Positions 41,767-51,157 of a stretch of DNA of 64,000 bases are shown piece after piece. The first letter of the stretch is position 1. Every line of letters starts with the position of its first letter. This DNA is from an uncultured virus (IMG/VR IMGVR_UViG_3300025598_000032) (taxonomy: Duplodnaviria; Heunggongvirae; Uroviricota; Caudoviricetes). The position numbers were made by a program, and so were the translations under genes. The notes under the pieces are model-generated. The model was given only the letters and a program-made list of their open reading frames with translations, made no database searches and was not told where the DNA came from. The stretch is taken from IMG/VR virus record IMGVR_UViG_3300025598_000032; one strand, given 5' to 3'.

Positions 41767-42667
41767 CATTGGTTTAACAATGGGCCTTAAGGGTGGTTTG
41801 GGGTTTGGTCGTCAAGTTCTTATTTGGGGAAATAAGTCTGCTGGTAAATCGTCTTTTTGCTTACAAATGATTGGTCAAGCACAAAAAGAAGGCAAGACAT
41901 GTGCATGGATTGATGCAGAAGCTTCATATGATCCAGCGTGGGCTGCTCGCTTAGGTGTTGACTCAGAATCACTTATCTATTCACCAGCTAAATCAATTAA
42001 TGATATGGTGGACGTTGCACAACAATTAATGGAAGCGGGAGTAGATATTATTGTTGTAGATTCTATCTCAGCACTACTACCCGCTATCTATTTTGAAAAA
42101 GACAGCTCTGACCTTAAGAAACTAGAAGACACCAAACAGATTGGTGCAGAAGCAAAGGACATGACACATGCAGTCAAAATGCTTAACTACGCTAACAAAA
42201 ATACGCTACTCGTTCTTATTTCTCAGCAGAGAAACCAATTTGGTTCTATGCATGCGTCGCATATCCCGACAGGGGGCATGGCAGTTAAGTTTTTCTCCAG
42301 CACCGTCATCAAGCTTTGGGCATCCGAAGCCGATGCAAATGCTATTAAGTCTGGAGTCCAAGTTGGTGACAAGATCATTGAACAAAAAGTTGGCAGGCCC
42401 GTTAACTGGATCGTTGACTACAATAAAACTGGACCAATGGGCCTCAGCGGTCAATATGATTTTTACTTCCAAGGGGATAAAATCGGAGTTGATACAATAG
42501 GAGAAATCCTAGATACAGCGGAGATGATGGGTATTGTTCAAAAAGGCGGAGCTTGGTATACAGTAAATGAAGAAAGATTACAAGGTCGTGCTAAAGCTGT
42601 TGAATATTTGCGTGACAATTTAGATGTAGCAAATAAAATTAAGCAGGAGATTTATGACAAGTCTTGA
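41663..42667 (+). CDS. recA: RecA-like recombinase
   Basis: GNKSAGKSS Walker A, WIDAE, IIVVDSISAL, PTGGMAVKF, KGGAWY. Confidence 0.93.
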   Translation: MTMVTEEILAKLDPKTRARLQLATTVNVEKQKTPSIGLTMGLKGGLGFGRQVLIWGNKSAGKSSFCLQMIGQAQKEGKTCAWIDAEASYDPAWAARLGVDSESLIYSPAKSINDMVDVAQQLMEAGVDIIVVDSISALLPAIYFEKDSSDLKKLEDTKQIGAEAKDMTHAVKMLNYANKNTLLVLISQQRNQFGSMHASHIPTGGMAVKFFSSTVIKLWASEADANAIKSGVQVGDKIIEQKVGRPVNWIVDYNKTGPMGLSGQYDFYFQGDKIGVDTIGEILDTAEMMGIVQKGGAWYTVNEERLQGRAKAVEYLRDNLDVANKIKQEIYDKS

Positions 42668-42848
42668 TGATTTTTTAAATCGCCATAAAAGAAAAAGAAT
42701 TCTTGCAGATCTTGAAAATATGTCTGGAACATTTACTTGTCAAAATGACGAATGTATGGAGATAGTATTAGAAGCCAAGTATGATGTTGTTACAAATACA
42801 GTCGTATGGTATTGTAGCAAAAATCATGAATCGGAGATTAAGCTTTAA
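42654..42848 (+). CDS. Small Cys/His protein
   Basis: CQNDEC...CSKNH. Confidence 0.5.
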   Translation: MTSLDDFLNRHKRKRILADLENMSGTFTCQNDECMEIVLEAKYDVVTNTVVWYCSKNHESEIKL

Positions 42849-43162
42849 TGTCAGAACGTGGAGAAGTAAAAAGAGATGGTGCTAAAGCACAAAAAAATTC
42901 TGGGCGTGGGGATTATCAAAAAGGTGATGCTATCTGGAATAATTTCGTGGTTGACTATAAAGAGTATGCAAAGTCAATTTCAATTAGTAAGGAAATTTGG
43001 GCTAAAATTTGCACGGATACGTTTAAGGTCTCTAGGGATAAATACCCAGTTCTTAAGCTTATCCTTGGAGGAGAGGGTCAAAAAACTAGATTGGCTGTTA
43101 TCGAATGGGCGTTATTAGAGCAATTAGTAGAGTGTTGGGAGACACATAATGAGCAAATATAA
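42848..43162 (+). CDS. Small PD-(D/E)XK nuclease/Holliday junction resolvase-like
   Basis: KNSGRGDYQKGDA...VDYKE. Confidence 0.6.
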   Translation: MSERGEVKRDGAKAQKNSGRGDYQKGDAIWNNFVVDYKEYAKSISISKEIWAKICTDTFKVSRDKYPVLKLILGGEGQKTRLAVIEWALLEQLVECWETHNEQI

Positions 43163-43331
43163 GAACTTAGATTTTAATGAATGGATGCAATACGGTTACC
43201 AACAGGGCTGGATTAGTGATGTGTTCTGCGATACTCATGAAGGCCCACCGCTTAATGATGAGCAAATGCAAGAGTTTGATGATGGCGGAGATCCTTGTGT
43301 TTTTTGCATTAAGGTGCTGGAGTTAGAATAA
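43149..43331 (+). CDS. Small hypothetical protein
   Basis: CDTHEGPP...GGDPC. Confidence 0.55.
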   Translation: MSKYKNLDFNEWMQYGYQQGWISDVFCDTHEGPPLNDEQMQEFDDGGDPCVFCIKVLELE

Positions 43332-43799
43332 ATGGATATTTATGATTATAGTTATTTAAGTAACTCTGGCAAAGAAATCTCTTTGTCTGATTTTAAAAAC
43401 AAAGTTTTATTAATTGTAAACGTAGCAAGTTATTGTGGTTTTACTCCGCAATATGCTGGACTAGAAAGTCTTTACAAAAAGTTTAATAGTCAGGGATTTG
43501 AGGTTATAGGTTTTCCATGTAATCAGTTTAATGAACAAGAGCCAGGCAGTGATGAAGATATTAAGAGTTTTTGCAATTTGAACTATAATATTACTTTTGA
43601 TCTTGCTTCTAAAATTGAAGTTAATGGTGAAAATGCTCATCCAATCTATAAATACTTAAAATCTGTTTCAAAGAATAATGCTGATATAGAATGGAATTTT
43701 GAAAAATTTTTGATTTTAAAAGATGGTTCTGTTTTAAACTTTAATCCACAAATTAAGCCAGAGCAATTAGAGATTTTTATTGAACAGAATCTAAGGTAA
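43332..43799 (+). CDS. Glutathione peroxidase family (Cys-type)
   Basis: NVASYCGFTPQY, GFPCNQFNEQEPG, WNFEKFL. Confidence 0.93.
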   Translation: MDIYDYSYLSNSGKEISLSDFKNKVLLIVNVASYCGFTPQYAGLESLYKKFNSQGFEVIGFPCNQFNEQEPGSDEDIKSFCNLNYNITFDLASKIEVNGENAHPIYKYLKSVSKNNADIEWNFEKFLILKDGSVLNFNPQIKPEQLEIFIEQNLR

Positions 43800-43802
43800 T
43801 AA

Positions 43803-44129
43803 ATGACAGATAAACCAGTAATTGAATTAATCAGTGAGCTAACAGAGTTTAATGATATTAAAGCTTATATGAATGATGCTGATCTTGACTATGCCCTAGA
43901 TCTAATCATTAAGCTTATTGCTAAGCCCGATGTTCCGTCATCTAAAGCTCCAGACCTTATTGTAAAGATGCAAGCTTTGTCTGCTAAGTTTGCAGTAATG
44001 TCACGCTATTACACAACCTTTGAAAAAGGTGGGGAGAATAGCAAAAAGAAAAATGTATATTACACAGCAGAAGAAGCAATTAACAGATTGGTGGATGCGT
44101 TAAAGTATTCAGCAAGATATGGGGCATAA
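43803..44129 (+). CDS. Hypothetical helical protein
   Basis: 108-aa ORF in recombination block. Confidence 0.55.
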   Translation: MTDKPVIELISELTEFNDIKAYMNDADLDYALDLIIKLIAKPDVPSSKAPDLIVKMQALSAKFAVMSRYYTTFEKGGENSKKKNVYYTAEEAINRLVDALKYSARYGA

Positions 44130-44918
44130 ATGGGAAGAGATTTAATAGCTAACTTAAGATTTCAAAAAATGTCTAACCCAGAAGGATTTGATCCAATTGC
44201 TTTTGCAAATATGTATGAAGAAGCTGTTTTAGCTGGAAAGAGACCAAATGAATTTACTCAAAAGAAAACTTTTAGTCCTAGTAGTATTGGCTATGGTAAT
44301 GGTAACTGCCCTAGATATTGGTTCATTGCTTTTACTGGTGCTGAGTTTGAAAATGAAACCGATGCTATGGGTGTCGTTAATATGGATAACGGTACGTATG
44401 TTCATGAACGCATTCAGAAAGTCCTTGCTAAAACATCAGTCTTCAGAGCAAATGAAACAGAAGTTACCCATGATGATCCACCAATTCGAGGCTTTGCAGA
44501 CACATTTATTGAATGGAATGGAAAAGAAGTAGTAGGAGAAATCAAGTCTGCTAAAGAAGAAGTATTTGCAATTAGACAAGCAGAGATGCAAGGTCTCCCT
44601 TATCATAAAGTACAGCTTTTAACATACATGAAGATCCGTGGTGCAGATCAAGGATTTTTCTTTTATGAAAACAAAAATGATAACAGCTTTTTAATTATTC
44701 CAATTAATATGGATGAGCGTAATACAAAGCTTATTAATGACGTTTGGGATTGGATGCGTAAAGTTTATGCTGCTTATGAATCAGGTACTTTGCCAGAGAG
44801 GACTTTTACAAAATCGCAGTGGGCATGTAAAGGTTGTCCTGTAAAAACAGTGTGTTGGAAAGATATGAAAGCAGAAGAAGGCGATGTTTATATTGAACCT
44901 TTGGTACTTGAAAAATGA
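44130..44918 (+). CDS. Cas4-like PD-(D/E)XK exonuclease
   Basis: SPSS...CPRY, GFAD, EIKS, QLLTYM, CKGCPVKTVC. Confidence 0.85.
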   Translation: MGRDLIANLRFQKMSNPEGFDPIAFANMYEEAVLAGKRPNEFTQKKTFSPSSIGYGNGNCPRYWFIAFTGAEFENETDAMGVVNMDNGTYVHERIQKVLAKTSVFRANETEVTHDDPPIRGFADTFIEWNGKEVVGEIKSAKEEVFAIRQAEMQGLPYHKVQLLTYMKIRGADQGFFFYENKNDNSFLIIPINMDERNTKLINDVWDWMRKVYAAYESGTLPERTFTKSQWACKGCPVKTVCWKDMKAEEGDVYIEPLVLEK

Positions 44919-45217
44919 AATGTGCTTATAAAAAATGTACAAGCGGTATAAATTTTACTCCTAAAACACATAATCAAAAATATTGTTCTGATGAGTGTTG
45001 TAGAATCGCAACAAATGAAAAATTAAAACAAGCATATTACGAAAAAAAAGCTAGGCTTGCAGGAGCAAAAAGAATTTGTAAAAATAAAAATTGCAATGTT
45101 GTTTTAAGTAGATACAATACTACAAATATTTGTGATAAATGCGTAGGAGAAGAAAAAGAAAAAGAACGTCAAGAACTTTTAAGAATGGTACAAAGTGTCT
45201 CTGGCAAAATTAGTTAA
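44915..45217 (+). CDS. Cys-rich zinc-finger protein
   Basis: CAYKKC, YCSDECC, CKNKNC, CDKC. Confidence 0.6.
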   Translation: MKCAYKKCTSGINFTPKTHNQKYCSDECCRIATNEKLKQAYYEKKARLAGAKRICKNKNCNVVLSRYNTTNICDKCVGEEKEKERQELLRMVQSVSGKIS

Positions 45218-45752
45218 ACCAAAATCTAACAAAGTATTGGGTATTGATGCAAGTACAAATAGTCTTGCATTTTGCCTTATGCATCATGATAAAGCTGTTA
45301 AATGGGGAGAAATTAATTTTGAAGGCTCAGACGTATACGAAAGAATTCTTGATGCCAAAAGAAAAATTAAATCTTTTAAAAAAGAACTTGATGCAGATTT
45401 TGTTGTAATTGAAGCAGCTATTTCAGTCAAATCCGTAGCAACGGGAATGAAGATGGCTTACGTATTTGGTGCTATAATGGGAGAGTTACTTAGTGATAAT
45501 ATGGAAGTTGTTGAAGTTCATCCAATAACTTGGCAATCATATCTTGGAAACAAGAACTACACTAAGGCTGAAAAAGAGGCTATCAAACTTGAATTTCCAA
45601 ACAAATCCGACAACTGGATCAAAGGAAAAATCAGAGAACGCAGAAAACAGCGTACTATTGATTTTGTGCGAACGCTTGGCATCCAGACTGAATCCGACAA
45701 TGTTGCAGATGCTGCGGGGATCGCCTGGTATGCAATCAACGAAATCGTGTGA
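45195..45752 (+). CDS. RuvC-like Holliday junction resolvase
   Basis: VLGIDAST, VVIEA, DNVADAAGIA. Confidence 0.82.
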   Translation: MSLAKLVKPKSNKVLGIDASTNSLAFCLMHHDKAVKWGEINFEGSDVYERILDAKRKIKSFKKELDADFVVIEAAISVKSVATGMKMAYVFGAIMGELLSDNMEVVEVHPITWQSYLGNKNYTKAEKEAIKLEFPNKSDNWIKGKIRERRKQRTIDFVRTLGIQTESDNVADAAGIAWYAINEIV

Positions 45753-45761
45753 GGAGGTATA

Positions 45762-45935
45762 ATGGCTAAAAATTTTAAACCTTGGGAAAATAAAGACTGG
45801 GTATACAAAAGATACGTAGTTGAAAAGAAAAGTGTTTTGGATATGGCTATGGAAGCAAAATGCTCTCATATGACAATTCAGCGGGCTTTAGAAAGATTTG
45901 AATTGATTAAGAAACCTAGAAAGTGGACTAAGTAG
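45762..45935 (+). CDS. 57-aa HTH DNA-binding protein (not in ORF track)
   Basis: MAKNFKPWENKDWVYKRYVVEKKSVLDMAMEAKCSHMTIQRALERFELIKKPRKWTK; GAGGAGG RBS. Confidence 0.7.
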   Translation: MAKNFKPWENKDWVYKRYVVEKKSVLDMAMEAKCSHMTIQRALERFELIKKPRKWTK

Positions 45936-46588
45936 TGGTACCAGTATTAATTATTCCTGTTTTAAACAGATATGATTTGCTTGATGAATCTCTTGAAGAA
46001 ATTGATTATCCAATTAATGAGATATTAATTATTAATAATGGAATTGAAGAATACGTTCCTAAAAGATTTGATTTAAACTTTAGAGTTTTAAATCTTCCTT
46101 CAAATCAAGGGATAGCAGGCTCATGGAATTTAGGCATCAAGCTTTACCCCCATGTTCCTTATTGGCTTATTTCTTCTGCAGATACAAGTTTTAGATCTGG
46201 TGAATTAGAAAAGATGCATTCGTTTAGTTCCCCCAATAAGTTTGTAAAAAGCAACGCACACTATAGTTGTTTTTCTATTGGAGAAAACATAGTGGCAAAA
46301 GTTGGTTTGTTTGATGAATATATTTATCCAGCCTATTTTGAAGATAACGATTATGATGACAGGATGGTATTATCAGGATTATCTGACAGTATTATTTGTC
46401 CAGGAATACAAGTTGATGATCACGGTGGCTCACAAACAATTAAAAGCGATGCAAAATTAATGAATAGAAATCATGAAACATTTAATAAAAATGGAGAATA
46501 TTACAGAGAAAAGAAAAGATCAGGCGATTATACAGTTAAAGGCTGGGATCTTACAAGAAGACGTGAAAATGAATGGTTAAGAGGATAA
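45935..46588 (+). CDS. GT2-like glycosyltransferase
   Basis: LIIPVLNRYD, IINNG, NQGIAGSWN, GLFDEYIYPAYFEDNDY. Confidence 0.85.
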   Translation: MVPVLIIPVLNRYDLLDESLEEIDYPINEILIINNGIEEYVPKRFDLNFRVLNLPSNQGIAGSWNLGIKLYPHVPYWLISSADTSFRSGELEKMHSFSSPNKFVKSNAHYSCFSIGENIVAKVGLFDEYIYPAYFEDNDYDDRMVLSGLSDSIICPGIQVDDHGGSQTIKSDAKLMNRNHETFNKNGEYYREKKRSGDYTVKGWDLTRRRENEWLRG

Positions 46589-46589
46589 C

Positions 46590-47594
46590 ATGAAGGTTTT
46601 AATCACAGGCGTTGCTGGATTTATGGGTAGCCATTTGGCTGATGAGTTTTTAAAACGTGGACATTCTGTGGTTGGTATTGATAATTTAATTGGCGGTTAT
46701 TATGAAAATGTACCCACTGGTGTTGAATTTTATTCAAAAGATCTTGGAGATTTTGATTCCGTTAAAGAACATTTTAAAGGAATAGATTTAGTTGTTCATA
46801 CAGCATGCACTGCTTACGAAGGCTTATCAGTGTTTAGTCCTGCACTTGTAACTCGCAACACCTCACACATTACAACAGTTGCTCTTTCAGCATCTATTAG
46901 GGGCGGGGTTAAAAAATTTGTTCATATGTCATCAATGGCTAGATACGGCACACAAGATACAGTTCCATTTAAAGAAGACATGATTCCAAAACCTCAAGAT
47001 CCTTACGGCATTGCAAAATATGGGGCAGAGCTTTTAATTAAAAACATTTGTGAAACACACGGAATGAAATATGTTATTCTTGTTCCTCATAATATTATTG
47101 GCCCACGTCAAAAATATGACGACCCATTTAGAAATGTAGCATCAATTATGATTAACCGTATGCTTAAAGGTGAACAGCCTATAGTTTATGGAGATGGAAA
47201 TCAAATGCGTTGTTTTTCTTTTTGGGAAGATGTAGCAAATCCATTAATGATTGCATGTGAATCAGATGTAGTTGATGGTCAAGTTGTTAATATTGGACCA
47301 GACGAAGAATTTATTACAATCAATGAATTGGCTCAAAAATTAGCTAAAATTATTGGATTTGATCTTAATATTAAGTATATGCCAGGCAGACCCCAAGAAG
47401 TAAAACATGCTAATTGTTCTGCAGATAAAGCAAGACAATTATTAAATTATAAAACATCTAAAACTCTTGATGAGGGCTTGACAGAATTGGTAGAATGGAT
47501 TAAAATAAAGGGTACAAAGCCATTTGATTATCATTTGCCACTTGAGTTTGTTACAGAAAAAACTCCTAAAACTTGGTCAGAAAGGTTAATGTAA
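46590..47594 (+). CDS. NAD-dependent nucleotide-sugar epimerase/dehydratase
   Basis: ITGVAGFMG, SSMARYG, YGIAK, NIIGPRQ, GDGNQMRCF. Confidence 0.92.
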   Translation: MKVLITGVAGFMGSHLADEFLKRGHSVVGIDNLIGGYYENVPTGVEFYSKDLGDFDSVKEHFKGIDLVVHTACTAYEGLSVFSPALVTRNTSHITTVALSASIRGGVKKFVHMSSMARYGTQDTVPFKEDMIPKPQDPYGIAKYGAELLIKNICETHGMKYVILVPHNIIGPRQKYDDPFRNVASIMINRMLKGEQPIVYGDGNQMRCFSFWEDVANPLMIACESDVVDGQVVNIGPDEEFITINELAQKLAKIIGFDLNIKYMPGRPQEVKHANCSADKARQLLNYKTSKTLDEGLTELVEWIKIKGTKPFDYHLPLEFVTEKTPKTWSERLM

Positions 47595-47920
47595 TGCTTA
47601 AACCAGTATTTCAAGATGTTAGACAATTTAGTTGTAATGATTTATATTTACACTCAACCAGTGCCCCTTCTGGCAAAAGAATTTGGGATGCTTGCCACGA
47701 AATTGCACAACTTCTTATAGAAAAAAACATTTCATATGGAGATTCAGCTTTATCGCCAAACAGAATATTTGCACAATCTGACAATATTGAACAGTTGAAA
47801 GTAAGAATTGATGATAAATTAAATCGTGTAAAAAATAATCAAGGTTTTGCTGGAGATAACGACATTGATGATTTGATTGGTTATTTAATCTTACTTAAAA
47901 TTGCAATTGACAAGAAGTAA
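47594..47920 (+). CDS. Nucleotide-modification-associated domain 1 (DUF1599-like) protein
   Basis: EKNISYGDSA...RIDDKLNR...DLIGYLIL; in-frame ATG at 47594. Confidence 0.65.
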   Translation: MLKPVFQDVRQFSCNDLYLHSTSAPSGKRIWDACHEIAQLLIEKNISYGDSALSPNRIFAQSDNIEQLKVRIDDKLNRVKNNQGFAGDNDIDDLIGYLILLKIAIDKK

Positions 47921-47936
47921 TATAAAGAGGTATAAT
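47907..47936 (+). promoter_or_regulatory. Sigma70-type promoter, probable leaderless transcript
   Basis: TTGACA 47907-18 nt-TATAAT 47931; ATG 5 nt downstream. Confidence 0.7.
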
Positions 47937-47941
47937 TAAGT

Positions 47942-48121
47942 ATGCCAACTTATGAATATGCATGCATTGAATGTGATGAAAGCCTAGATGTAGTCAGAGG
48001 CTTTAATGAACCTGAAAACGTACCCCCATGTTCAAGTTGTGGCTATAAAATGACTAGGGTTTATTCTCCTGCAGGCATTCAATTTAAAGGATCAGGGTTT
48101 TATAAAACAGACAATGGATAA
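47942..48121 (+). CDS. FmdB-family zinc-ribbon protein, 59 aa (not in ORF track)
   Basis: MPTYEYACIEC...CSSCG...IQFKGSGFYKTD. Confidence 0.85.
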   Translation: MPTYEYACIECDESLDVVRGFNEPENVPPCSSCGYKMTRVYSPAGIQFKGSGFYKTDNG

Positions 48122-48641
48122 TGAATTAGAAGTTGCAGGAAAATTTGATCAAATGAACAAGGTGGTTGAAGAATTACTAAAAGGTAATACTTCCGCCCAA
48201 ATCGCACGTAGTTTAGATTTAACACGTGTTCAGGTTGAAGCACATATTAATACTTGGAAAGATTTAGTGCACGACAATACAGCAATTAAATCTAGAGCCA
48301 AAGAAGCTTTAGCGGGAGCAGATGAGCATTACAGCATGCTTATCAAAGAAGCTTGGCGTACAGTAGAGCAAGCAGACATGCAAGATGCACTTAATGTTAA
48401 AGCACAATCTTTAAAGCTAATTGCTGATATTGAAGCAAAGCGTATTGAAATGCTTAACAAAGCTGGCGTTCTTGAAAATAATGATATGACGGATCAACTT
48501 TTAGAATCAGAGCGTAAACAAGAAGTTTTGGTCGGGATTCTTAAAGAAGTTACAGCAAATTGTGATCATTGTAAGTGGGAAGTATCAAGAAGGCTATCTC
48601 AAGTTACTGGCCAAGTTGAGGCTGTAATTGTAAATGAGTGA
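48114..48641 (+). CDS. Putative terminase small subunit (N-terminal HTH)
   Basis: GNTSAQIARSLDLTR; directly upstream of terminase large subunit. Confidence 0.55.
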   Translation: MDNELEVAGKFDQMNKVVEELLKGNTSAQIARSLDLTRVQVEAHINTWKDLVHDNTAIKSRAKEALAGADEHYSMLIKEAWRTVEQADMQDALNVKAQSLKLIADIEAKRIEMLNKAGVLENNDMTDQLLESERKQEVLVGILKEVTANCDHCKWEVSRRLSQVTGQVEAVIVNE

Positions 48642-50481
48642 CTTTAACGTATTCTTAGATGCATTAAGTGGGGATGAATTTTCAGAAACTCCAGTAACAC
48701 TAGAACAATTTGTTACAGATAAAGCGTATCTTGGATTGCCACCTTTATCAGAAAATCAATACACGATGATCCGTGCATCAACTCAAATTTATAAAAAAGA
48801 AACACTCATCAAAATCTACGGAGAAGATGAGGGTAACAAGATATTTAAACAAACATGTAATGAAGTTATTTTGCAATTAGGTAAAGGCTCTGGAAAAGAT
48901 TATACCTCTACAATTGCTTGTGCTTACATGGTATATCTTCTTTTATGCTTACAAGATCCAGCAGCATATTTTGGAAAACCTCCAGGGGATGCAATTGATA
49001 TTATCAATATTGCTATTAACGCTATTCAAGCTAATCGAGTTTTCTTTAAAGGTTTTAACCAACGTATTGAAAAGTCACCTTGGTTTCAAGGAAGATATGT
49101 TGCTAAAGCCAATATGGTTGAATTTGATAAAGGTGTAACAGTTCACTCAGGCCACTCAGAAAGAGAAGCTTGGGAAGGTTATAACGTACTTGTAGTTATT
49201 CTTGATGAGATCTCAGGTTTTGAACTTGAATCAACCTCTGGGCATGATCAAGCTAAAACTGCATCATCAATTTACAAGATGTATCGTGCATCAGTCAACT
49301 CACGTTTTCCAGATTTTGGTAAAGTAATTTTACTTTCATTCCCAAGATTTAAAAACGATTATATTCAACAAAGATATAATGAAGTTGTTGCTGAAAAAGA
49401 AGTTGTTCTTAGACATAGTAGATTTAAAGTAGATCCAGAACTGCCAGACGGCACTGAAGGTAATGAATTTGAAATTGAGTGGGAAGAAGATCATATTATT
49501 TCATACAAAGTACCAAGAGTATTTGCATTAAAAAGACCTACTTGGGACGTAAATCCAACACGTAAAATTGAAGATTTTACAATTGATTTTTACACAGACC
49601 CAACAGATGCATTATCTCGTTTTGCATGTATGCCTCCAGATGCAACAGATGCATTCTTTAAAAATCGTGCAGTAATTGAAAAAGCATTTAGTAATCCTAA
49701 ATTAAATGTAGATTCATATGGAAGATTTGATGATGATTTTAAGCCAAACCCAGATCGTACATATTTTATGCACGTTGACTTGGCACAAAAACATGACCAC
49801 TGTGCAGTATCATTAGCTCACGTGGAAGGCTGGGTAACAATGAAAATTGGTGAGCAATATAAGGAAGCAGCACCTAGAGTTGTAGTAGATGCAGTAAGAT
49901 ATTGGACACCTACCGCATCAAAATCTGTTGATTTTACAGAAGTTAAAGACTACATTACAAGCGTCAGAGAACGTGGGTTTAATCTTAAACTTGTTACATT
50001 TGACCGATGGAACTCACACGACATGATGCAACAACTCGGTGTACACGGGATTAAAACAGAAATTCTTTCAGTAGCCAAAAAACATTATGAAGATATGTCT
50101 CTTACTTTAACTGAAGAAAGATTACACGGGCCAAGAATTCAATTGCTTGTTGATGAGTTATTACAATTAAGAATTGTTAAAGACAAAGTAGATCACCCTA
50201 GAAAAGGATCAAAAGACCTTTCAGATGCAGTATGTGGGTCTATTTATAACGCTATTGCTTTAACTCCCCCTGATCTTGATAGGGAAGTAGAAATTTATTC
50301 TTATGATGGAGTTTTTGCAAACGAGTTAGAGCAATTAAGAAAAGAGTCTGATGAAAGACTTAAGCATACAATTAAGATGCCAGAAAGAAAGTCTATTCCA
50401 GCTAACTTAAGAGAGTTTATGAATATTGAAGAAGATGAAGATGATGAGCGAATGCGTATTGACAGCTTTAGAATACTTTGA
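48634..50481 (+). CDS. Terminase large subunit
   Basis: GKGSGKD Walker A, VVILDE Walker B, HVDLA, TFDRWNS, KDLSDA. Confidence 0.92.
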   Translation: MSDFNVFLDALSGDEFSETPVTLEQFVTDKAYLGLPPLSENQYTMIRASTQIYKKETLIKIYGEDEGNKIFKQTCNEVILQLGKGSGKDYTSTIACAYMVYLLLCLQDPAAYFGKPPGDAIDIINIAINAIQANRVFFKGFNQRIEKSPWFQGRYVAKANMVEFDKGVTVHSGHSEREAWEGYNVLVVILDEISGFELESTSGHDQAKTASSIYKMYRASVNSRFPDFGKVILLSFPRFKNDYIQQRYNEVVAEKEVVLRHSRFKVDPELPDGTEGNEFEIEWEEDHIISYKVPRVFALKRPTWDVNPTRKIEDFTIDFYTDPTDALSRFACMPPDATDAFFKNRAVIEKAFSNPKLNVDSYGRFDDDFKPNPDRTYFMHVDLAQKHDHCAVSLAHVEGWVTMKIGEQYKEAAPRVVVDAVRYWTPTASKSVDFTEVKDYITSVRERGFNLKLVTFDRWNSHDMMQQLGVHGIKTEILSVAKKHYEDMSLTLTEERLHGPRIQLLVDELLQLRIVKDKVDHPRKGSKDLSDAVCGSIYNAIALTPPDLDREVEIYSYDGVFANELEQLRKESDERLKHTIKMPERKSIPANLREFMNIEEDEDDERMRIDSFRIL

Positions 50482-50493
50482 TAGAATACAGAC

Positions 50494-50781
50494 ATGATAG
50501 CAAACGGAACAATTAAAACAATAGAAGACGAAAAAGATATTTATATATCTTTAACATCATTGTGTGATTATTTTACACAATCATCAATCAACATGCGAAA
50601 AGAAATTGAAAGTGTTGACCTTAAAGACCAACGTTACGCCGCTGGTTTAGTTGACATGATGTTTACAATTGCTCAAGAAATGGTTGAGCTTGGTAAATTT
50701 GAAGCACAAAGACGCATGATTGATACTCCAGAAGATTTACTAAAGATGGTTGACAAAAACCCATTTGGTAATGTAAAATAA
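50494..50781 (+). CDS. Hypothetical protein, probably leaderless
   Basis: TTGACA 50459-17 nt-TAGAAT 50482; ATG 6 nt later. Confidence 0.55.
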   Translation: MIANGTIKTIEDEKDIYISLTSLCDYFTQSSINMRKEIESVDLKDQRYAAGLVDMMFTIAQEMVELGKFEAQRRMIDTPEDLLKMVDKNPFGNVK

Positions 50782-50787
50782 CGCTAT

Positions 50788-50860
50788 TGCCCCATAGCTC
50801 AATTGGCAGAGCAGCCGACTGTTAATCGGCAGGTTATTGGTTCGAGTCCACTTGGGGCAG
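50788..50860 (+). tRNA. tRNA-Asn(GTT)
   Basis: Acceptor TGCCCCA/TGGGGCA; anticodon arm GCCGA-ctGTTaa-TCGGC; GGTTCGAGTCC; no encoded CCA. Confidence 0.92.
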
Positions 50861-50894
50861 CGATTATTAACTAATTAGAGAAAGAGATATACTT

Positions 50895-51134
50895 ATGATA
50901 ATGACTAAAGAAGAAGTTTTAGAAGATAAAAAAGAATATATTCTTACTCTTAATGATAGATGTGATCAATGCAGTGCTTCTGCTTTGGTTATTGTAAAGG
51001 GTGTGACGGGAGAACTTATGTTTTGCGGTCATCACTATGCTAAAAATGAATCTGCTTTATCAAAGTTTGCTTATGAAACAATTGATGAGCGGGAAAAAAT
51101 TCAAGAAAATCGCCTAATTGGCAAATCATACTAA
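50895..51134 (+). CDS. Small actinobacterial-type Cys/His protein
   Basis: DRCDQC...LMFCGHH. Confidence 0.65.
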   Translation: MIMTKEEVLEDKKEYILTLNDRCDQCSASALVIVKGVTGELMFCGHHYAKNESALSKFAYETIDEREKIQENRLIGKSY

Positions 51135-51157
51135 CAACTACTAACAAAGGATAAACA

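Noticed and set aside
43332..43799. Selenocysteine glutathione peroxidase
   Set aside because: The active-site codon is TGT (Cys) and there is no in-frame TGA.
44130..44918. CRISPR-Cas system suggested by the Cas4-like gene
   Set aside because: No array or other cas genes; stand-alone Cas4-like nucleases are common in phage recombination modules.
37941..50481. Inteins or introns in DnaE, RecA or terminase
   Set aside because: The ORFs are continuous, of ordinary length and lack Hint motifs.
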